A DNA stretch of 64,000 nt. Origin: Methanomassiliicoccaceae archaeon (GTDB lineage Archaea; Thermoplasmatota; Thermoplasmata; Methanomassiliicoccales; Methanomassiliicoccaceae). Position 1 is the stretch's first letter, and every line of letters begins with the position of its first letter. This document shows, in pieces, positions 58,430 through 64,000 of the stretch. The translations under genes and the position numbers were made by a program. The notes under the pieces were generated by a model. It saw only the letters and a list, made by a program, of their open reading frames with translations. It was not told the DNA's origin and ran no database searches. Where the stretch lies: positions 416,001-480,000 of the forward strand of contig JAXGZN010000002.1 in NCBI GenBank assembly GCA_040776945.1, given 5' to 3'.

Positions 58430-59158
58430 ATGAACGGTGAAGGCAGGTACGCAAGGCAAGAGATGCTTCCCGGCATGGGGAGCGAAGGGCAGCGCAAGCT
58501 CGCCCAGAGCTGCGTCGGCATCATGGGGATCGGAGGACTGGGCAGCCCGGCCGCCTATTATCTTGCGGGAGCAGGGGTCGGGAAGCTTGTCCTAGCGGAC
58601 CCCCAGGTCCCGGAGATCACCAACCTAAACCGCCAGATACTGCATTGGGAGGAGGACGTGGGCATCGTACCCAAGGCTGCGTCGGCGGCCTGGAAGCTAA
58701 GGCGCTTCAATCCCGGGACCGAGATCGAGGCTCACTGCGTTGAGGTAACGAAGGAAAACATAGCTTGGATGTTCAGGGAGGCGGACATCATCCTCGATTG
58801 CCTGGACAGCCTTCCGCCGAGGTTCGTGCTCAACGAACATGCGATGAGAACCTCCACACCCTTCGTTCATGCAGCGGTGGAAGGGCTGCATGGCCAGGTC
58901 ACGGTCATAGAGCCCGGCCGCACTCCCTGCCTGCGCTGCCTGTTCCCGCGAGTTCCGGAACATGACCGGTCGTTCCCCATCCTCGGCCCGGCAGCCGGGG
59001 TGTTCGGATGCCTGCAGGCGGCGGAGGCCATCAAGATGATCGCCGGCCTAGGCGAGCCTCTGCGCTCAAAGCTGCTCGTCGGAGATCTGGAACATAATCT
59101 CTGGGAAACGATAGAGGTCCGCCCTGCGGAGGGCTGCCCAGCCTGCCGAAGGGATTGA
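58430..59158 (+). CDS. ThiF/MoeB/UbaA-family E1-like adenylyltransferase
   Basis: RYARQ, GIGGLG, TNLNRQ, PCLRCLFP, C-terminal CPAC. Confidence 0.92.
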   Translation: MNGEGRYARQEMLPGMGSEGQRKLAQSCVGIMGIGGLGSPAAYYLAGAGVGKLVLADPQVPEITNLNRQILHWEEDVGIVPKAASAAWKLRRFNPGTEIEAHCVEVTKENIAWMFREADIILDCLDSLPPRFVLNEHAMRTSTPFVHAAVEGLHGQVTVIEPGRTPCLRCLFPRVPEHDRSFPILGPAAGVFGCLQAAEAIKMIAGLGEPLRSKLLVGDLEHNLWETIEVRPAEGCPACRRD

Positions 59159-59160
59159 TC

Positions 59161-59529
59161 TCAATCCACCGGGCCCCGGTGCTCCAAGAGGTTCTCCAGG
59201 TGCATTATGCTGACCTTCAGGTGATCGAGGGCGAACCTCAGCACCTGGTCCCCCTTGGGAGTGATCCTGTATATCCTCCTTCTCCCCATCTGCTCCTGCT
59301 CTATGTAATCGGAACGTTGCAGCTCTTGAAGGGCTGGATAGATGGAGCCAGGGCTGGGCCTCCAGGTCCCTTCGCTCATACGCCCTATCTCCTTCATAAG
59401 AGCGTAGCCGTGGAGAGGGTGACAGGATATCAGCTTGAGGATCGCCAGCTTTAGGAGCCCGGAGTGGAAGCTGGAGAGGTTGAAGGCCTCGCAAGCTTCC
59501 TTGTAGTCCAAGCCCTTCTCGGCCTGCAA
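59161..59529 (-). CDS. PadR family transcription regulator
   Basis: LHGYALM, WRPSPGSIYPAL, RRIYRITPKG motifs. TTG start with GAGGTG upstream. Confidence 0.9.
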   Translation of the reverse strand: MQAEKGLDYKEACEAFNLSSFHSGLLKLAILKLISCHPLHGYALMKEIGRMSEGTWRPSPGSIYPALQELQRSDYIEQEQMGRRRIYRITPKGDQVLRFALDHLKVSIMHLENLLEHRGPVD

Positions 59530-59538
59530 ACCAGCACC

Positions 59539-60264
59539 TCAGAGGAAGTAGAACCTCATGCCGTTCCTGGCACAAAGGTCGGCCATCAGCTCCATCCTTT
59601 CGACGACCCCGCCATAGCGCCTGGCCGGCCCCTTTCCTTCTACCTGGAGCTTTTCCTTGAGCACCTGACACTCCTGCACAAGCCTCTTGGCGTCCTCAGC
59701 CGAGAGCTTCTCCCTGCTCGCTGCCAGAGCTGGAACGCGGGCCACGATGGAGAGGCCATATTTCTTGGCTATCTCCGGGAGCTGGGAGGTCTCCGGCCCG
59801 AAAGAACCAATGCATCCGCGGCCCTTGTCCCAGGACATGGGGCACTTGCCGCATATCACATTGGTCTCCTCCAGCGGGACCGTGTCCCACCTGGTCAGCA
59901 GGTTGTCCGGACCAGCGGTCTTGATGGCTTCCTGAGCCTGAGCGGGGGGCATCTTCTCCAGCACCACCCATCCTGAGTAGGTCCTCTTGGCCACCGGCCT
60001 GAGCTTCGCCGCGTCCTCCTCCTTCTTCACCTTTTCCAAAAGGAACGAGTCCCGCTCGCCGTCCAGGCGGTTCCTCTTGAGGAAGCCTTCCCAGTCCTCT
60101 CCCAAGACCTTCTTGGCATCCTCGGTCAGGACGGTCTCATCGTAATCGGCGCAGACCTCCAGGCCTTGGACGGAAGGCAGTCGTGCCTTGATGATGGTCT
60201 CCTTATCCTTCTTGCAAAGCGAGTTCACGCTGTCAAGTTCGCAAATGGCCATGCTGATTCCCAT
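59539..60264 (-). CDS. Hypothetical soluble protein with CxxC...GCIG motif
   Basis: 241-aa ORF with natural composition, ending 10 nt upstream of padR. Confidence 0.75.
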   Translation of the reverse strand: MGISMAICELDSVNSLCKKDKETIIKARLPSVQGLEVCADYDETVLTEDAKKVLGEDWEGFLKRNRLDGERDSFLLEKVKKEEDAAKLRPVAKRTYSGWVVLEKMPPAQAQEAIKTAGPDNLLTRWDTVPLEETNVICGKCPMSWDKGRGCIGSFGPETSQLPEIAKKYGLSIVARVPALAASREKLSAEDAKRLVQECQVLKEKLQVEGKGPARRYGGVVERMELMADLCARNGMRFYFL

Positions 60265-60345
60265 ATGGCTCCACCGTAGTGGGCCGACTAGTTATAGTAA
60301 GCTATTAAAGTCTTCTTGCACAGCTATTGAGAAAGAATGAAAGGC

Positions 60346-60852
60346 TCAGGCGGTCTCGCTCCCCGCAGGGACCGCCTGAGGCTCCAATGAGGCCAGCCAC
60401 TCCTTGCGATAGGACAGCATCTCCGCCGCGAAGAACGCTCCCCGCAGGGCCGCCGCCAGGATGAAAAGGAGAACGAAACCGAGGTACGATATGGAAAAGC
60501 TCGCCTCCTCCATGGTCAAGGTCATGTTCCCGCCCATGGCGATCACCCAGATCCATATGCAGACCAGGAGGCTCACGGCCACCCCGAACACGCACCGGGA
60601 GAGGGAACCCCGCGGATAGAAGCCTCGGAAGAACGCGAGGAGCGCAATAAGGGTCCCCAGGACCAGGACATTGTCCTTGAGCCGGGCCAGGTCGATCTGT
60701 CCGGTGATCATTGAAGCCCCCTCCATCTGGGAAAGAAATGTGGCGAGAGCGGTGAGCACGAAGATAGGGGCCAGTATGTACTTGGAAGCGGCAAGCACCG
60801 AGGACACGATCCCCTTTCCCGCATTGCCTAGATAGATGGAAAACTCGTTCAT
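60346..60852 (-). CDS. Hypothetical membrane protein (about 4 TM)
   Basis: Start MNEFSIYLG overlaps the upstream stop (ATGA). Hydrophobic segments. Confidence 0.7.
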   Translation of the reverse strand: MNEFSIYLGNAGKGIVSSVLAASKYILAPIFVLTALATFLSQMEGASMITGQIDLARLKDNVLVLGTLIALLAFFRGFYPRGSLSRCVFGVAVSLLVCIWIWVIAMGGNMTLTMEEASFSISYLGFVLLFILAAALRGAFFAAEMLSYRKEWLASLEPQAVPAGSETA

Positions 60853-61670
60853 GTCACGCCCCCTGTCTCCAGCGGCCTCTCCAAGTGCATTGTCGCCCCC
60901 ATCACCGAAATGTCCGCTACCAGGGTGAGCTTCTCTGGATGCTCTTGCAGCCAAAGGTACCGGTCCTGCGGTACCACGAAACGCAGCTCCCCATCGTTCA
61001 CATCTCCAATGATGATGCCGGCGGATGCGGAGCCCAATGCTGAGGTCGAGTTGACGATCTCCGCATCGATGGCCACCCTTTCCCCCCTGAGGATCCCCGA
61101 AGCTTCGAAGTGGTAGGGCACCAGCATGTCCATGTTGGACCCGTTGTTCTCCCACCAGACTTTGCTTGTATCGATTTCCACGCCCTTGACCATCGGCTCC
61201 CAATCCATATGCTCACGGATGCTGATGGACGCTCGTACCAGGCCCAGAGAGTATCCTCCCTCCACGGTCACATCCAGGTCTAGGATGCCGGAGCCGAACA
61301 CCAGTCGCTCGAGGTGCTCCTCGTCGATCTCATCAAGGTCCATCATTATGGAGATGTTCAGATGGTTGATGCGGCCGGCCTTGGCATCAACCGGCTCAGA
61401 GGACCGCTCGCTAAGCACTCGGCCCCCATCGGTTATCTTGAAACGGACCGTGAGACCCTCTATGTCGAAATAACCGTCGTTCGTGATGTCGACCGGGACG
61501 CTCATGGTCACCTTGCGGCCGTCCATGACCGGTCCAGCTCCCTCATCCTCCGGAACGGCGACCTGGACCTTTCCAGTGGCCAGAGGAAGAACGCTCATGA
61601 GGATGATGGCAATGATGATCAGATTCACCGCTACGATGGACAATCGGACGGCGAGCAATCCCCAGCGCAT
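60849..61670 (-). CDS. Hypothetical N-terminally anchored protein with LEA/Ig-like beta domains
   Basis: N-terminal TM followed by a VPVDITNDGYFDIEGL beta-sandwich pattern. Confidence 0.7.
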   Translation of the reverse strand: MRWGLLAVRLSIVAVNLIIIAIILMSVLPLATGKVQVAVPEDEGAGPVMDGRKVTMSVPVDITNDGYFDIEGLTVRFKITDGGRVLSERSSEPVDAKAGRINHLNISIMMDLDEIDEEHLERLVFGSGILDLDVTVEGGYSLGLVRASISIREHMDWEPMVKGVEIDTSKVWWENNGSNMDMLVPYHFEASGILRGERVAIDAEIVNSTSALGSASAGIIIGDVNDGELRFVVPQDRYLWLQEHPEKLTLVADISVMGATMHLERPLETGGVT

Positions 61671-61812
61671 GGCCCTTCATCAAACCGATACCCTTAAGAC
61701 CTTTACCTCATCAAGCTCATCATTTGAGACTGAGCCGAGGCTCCGTGGAGGGCCTGAAGGTTTCCAGTTATCATTATATCCTCATCTGTGAATTGCGGAG
61801 GCCGGGGCAGAT

Positions 61813-62091
61813 ATGGACACTGAGAACGTGGAGATCGAATGCCCGGTTTGCGACCAAAGGATCAAGGCGGACGCACCGCGCTGCCCGCATTGTGGAGCGG
61901 AGTTCACCTTGTCCGGTGTCGATGAGCTTGAAATGGTAGCCCGGGAGATCAACGGCCGGCCCGCGCCTGAGAACCTCAAGGCCAAAGCGGGACCGATAGA
62001 GGCACAACCGGCAGTGGCCGCCAGTGCCGAGAAGGAAGAGGATAAGAACAGCAAAGGGTTCCTCGGCAAGCTGTTCAGGAAGCGCCGATAG
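61813..62091 (+). CDS. Zinc-ribbon domain protein
   Basis: CPVC-x10-CPHCG and C-terminal amphipathic KGFLGKLFRK. Confidence 0.75.
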   Translation: MDTENVEIECPVCDQRIKADAPRCPHCGAEFTLSGVDELEMVAREINGRPAPENLKAKAGPIEAQPAVAASAEKEEDKNSKGFLGKLFRKRR

Positions 62092-62129
62092 CCGAAAATG
62101 TATTTACGGCGCGTGCGGATGGGAGCACG

Positions 62130-62627
62130 ATGAGCGAGATCAGGATCAGGAAGCGCCGGCGCCTCAGGGAGAAGGAGATCAGGGCCCTGGGCGAAGAGAT
62201 CCGCTCTCGATTGGGGGTCGAAGCGTTCACTCCCGGCGAGGCCGTGGACCGGGGGGAGAGCACCGAATACGACGTTCTTTTCATCGGGAACAAGGTGCTC
62301 GGCATAGTCTACAAAGGAAAGGCCTTCCTTACCGTCCGAGGGTTGCTGAAATATCCAGCCGCCAAGGCCCATGTCACAGTGGACATGGGCGCGGTACCGT
62401 TCGTGACCAAGGGAGCGGACGTTATGGGGCCCGGGATCGTGGACGCTGACATCACCATAGCGCCCGGGGACCTCGTATGGGTCAAGGACGTCAAGCACGG
62501 CCGCCCTCTGATGATCGGAGAGGCCTTGGTGTCCGGAGACCACATGATGACCAAATCGCCGGGAAAGGCCATCAAGAGCATCCACCACGTGGCAGACAAG
62601 CTTTGGAAGGTCGACGAGGACAGCTGA
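62130..62627 (+). CDS. PUA-domain RNA-binding protein (MCT-1/Tma20-like)
   Basis: VTVDMGAVPFVTKGADVMGPGIV and GKAIKSIHHVAD.LW motifs. Confidence 0.9.
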   Translation: MSEIRIRKRRRLREKEIRALGEEIRSRLGVEAFTPGEAVDRGESTEYDVLFIGNKVLGIVYKGKAFLTVRGLLKYPAAKAHVTVDMGAVPFVTKGADVMGPGIVDADITIAPGDLVWVKDVKHGRPLMIGEALVSGDHMMTKSPGKAIKSIHHVADKLWKVDEDS

Positions 62628-62722
62628 AGGCCGCCCTGCCCGGACGAGGCTTGCCGGACATCGGACCTATTCATATCACAATATTGCACATCTATCGCCG
62701 GCCAATATGCTTAAGGGGCGCT

Positions 62723-62871
62723 GATAGGTCCCCCCGTTCCTCCATTGGGCCGAGGACATATCACACGTTCCGCACCGAGGGAGAACGACGCGGGCGGGGG
62801 CACCGAGCCCCCATCCTCTCCCGGAACGTTCTAGGGCCATTCGGTCGGTCCAAGGGACAACATCGCCTATC
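62723..62871. ncRNA. Candidate structured RNA (long irregular hairpin)
   Basis: Nested pairings GATAGG/CCTATC, TTGGGCCGA/TCGGTCCAA, ACGTTCC/GGAACGT, GGGAGA/TCTCCC, GGGGGC/GCCCCC. Confidence 0.4.
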
Positions 62872-62949
62872 TGGGACGGCTCAAATATTTGCGTCTTACT
62901 ATGTAAAAGCTAAATATCCCGGACCGCATAACCTCGGAACAGGGATGCC

Positions 62950-63333
62950 ATGGCACTACTCAGCAGAAAGCCTTTTAGCAAGAACAGGGAAGATGTTCCA
63001 GCCGTGGAGACGGACCAGTACATTGACCTAGGGGCCATGTACTTCGAGGAAGAGGGCTCTACGGGTGGGAAGGGAATGATCAAGCTAGCGGAAATATATC
63101 GCTACGAGGACCTTTCCGATCTCACCCAGCCGGTCTACGACGGCAACGTGCTGATCCTTGACTACTCCAACATAGCCAACGACACCGATACCCTGAAGAG
63201 GATCACCAGCGAGCTCAAGGCGGTGGCGAGGGACAACAGCGGTGATGTAGCGGCCATCGGGCATGATCTCATTGTGGTCACCCCCCGGGGCTTGAAGATC
63301 GACCGCAACAAGATACGGGGCGGCTTCCGCTAA
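62950..63333 (+). CDS. sepF: Archaeal cell division protein SepF
   Basis: N-terminal amphipathic segment, YIDL, VYDGNVLILD, GDVAAIG..IVVTP.G.KIDR.KI motifs. Confidence 0.88.
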   Translation: MALLSRKPFSKNREDVPAVETDQYIDLGAMYFEEEGSTGGKGMIKLAEIYRYEDLSDLTQPVYDGNVLILDYSNIANDTDTLKRITSELKAVARDNSGDVAAIGHDLIVVTPRGLKIDRNKIRGGFR

Positions 63334-63405
63334 ACCCCCTTTTTCTTCAACCTCGGTCCTGCCAGCAGGGCCAAATATTATTATCTTGCCGACCGATAGA
63401 TCGCC

Positions 63406-64000
63406 GTGCCCGGTTCCAAGGTCATACATGACTGCGTGCATGGCAGCGTGAAGGTCGAAGGTGCCTTCCTAGAACTGCTGGAACGTCCCGAGCTGCAGCG
63501 GATGCACGGGATCCGCCAGCTCGGCCTGGCCAGCCTGGTCTTTCCCGGAGCGAACCATACCAGGTTCGAGCATTCGCTGGGGACCTATCATATGGCCGGG
63601 CTCATGGGCCGCTCTCTCGATCTCTCGGAGAGCGAGCGGGAAACGCTCCTCGCGGCGGCGATGCTCCACGATGTCGGGCATACCCCTTTCTCGCACACGC
63701 TGGAAGAGATAGTGCATGACCGCACGGGGGAGGACCACATGGGCATCACCATCGCGCTCGTCCGCGGCGATATACCTTCGCTCAGCGCGGAGGGGGAGAG
63801 GACCTTGGGGGCCATTTGCCCGATCGCCGATGTCCTGGAAAGGAACGGCATATCGACCTCCGAGGTGTGCAGGCTCATCGTGTCGTCCAGGTCAGAGCTG
63901 CGTCCGGGGCAGACATTGCTGGTCGAAGGCGGACAGGCGCATTTCGGCAGCCACAGATATCTGAGCCAGATGATCTCCGGACCGCTGGACGTGGACCAGA
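63406..64000 (+). CDS. HD-domain phosphohydrolase (dNTP triphosphohydrolase-like), truncated by window end
   Basis: Read directly from the sequence: KVIHDCVHG...LQRMHGIRQLG...FPGANHTRFEHSLG...AAMLHDVGHTPFSH. Confidence 0.88.
   Translation, partial: MPGSKVIHDCVHGSVKVEGAFLELLERPELQRMHGIRQLGLASLVFPGANHTRFEHSLGTYHMAGLMGRSLDLSESERETLLAAAMLHDVGHTPFSHTLEEIVHDRTGEDHMGITIALVRGDIPSLSAEGERTLGAICPIADVLERNGISTSEVCRLIVSSRSELRPGQTLLVEGGQAHFGSHRYLSQMISGPLDVDQ

Noticed and set aside
1-64000. CRISPR array, IS/transposase, prophage, tRNA/rRNA, in-frame pyrrolysine readthrough genes
   Set aside because: I saw no spaced direct repeats, integrase/transposase ORFs, cloverleaf or rRNA signatures, and no gene split by an internal TAG.

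Overview
GC-rich archaeal chromosomal window from a methanogen, most likely Methanomassiliicoccales (inferred from gene content: complete cfbABCDE, SufC/SufB-only Fe-S system, archaeal SepF, PRC-barrel proteins, TATA-box promoters). The core is a ~22.5-kb tetrapyrrole/metal supercluster (15022-37580): coenzyme F430 biosynthesis cfbA-E-D-C-B, sirC-hemA-hemB-hemL-hemC-cobA-hemD, anaerobic cobalamin cbiT-L-F-G-H-C-D-E-A and a Ni/Co ECF importer. It is flanked by glycosylation, transport, redox and housekeeping genes. I saw no mobile elements, CRISPR array, tRNA or rRNA. The most novel signals are non-coding or very small and lie in the 1.3-kb gap between the cfb and hem operons. (i) A candidate ~70-nt small RNA (minus strand, ~20609-20539) has its TATA box inside a NikR-type operator and a loop exactly antisense to a ribosome-binding site plus start codon, so it may be a nickel-sparing sRNA. 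(ii) The same operator recurs at the ECF importer promoter. (iii) A convergent 63-aa protein is 35% histidine. (iv) A second palindrome, TTGGATG-N3-CATCCAA, is shared by the hem and cbi promoters. A further candidate structured RNA lies upstream of sepF. All functional calls are from motif recognition only, and no database searches were run.
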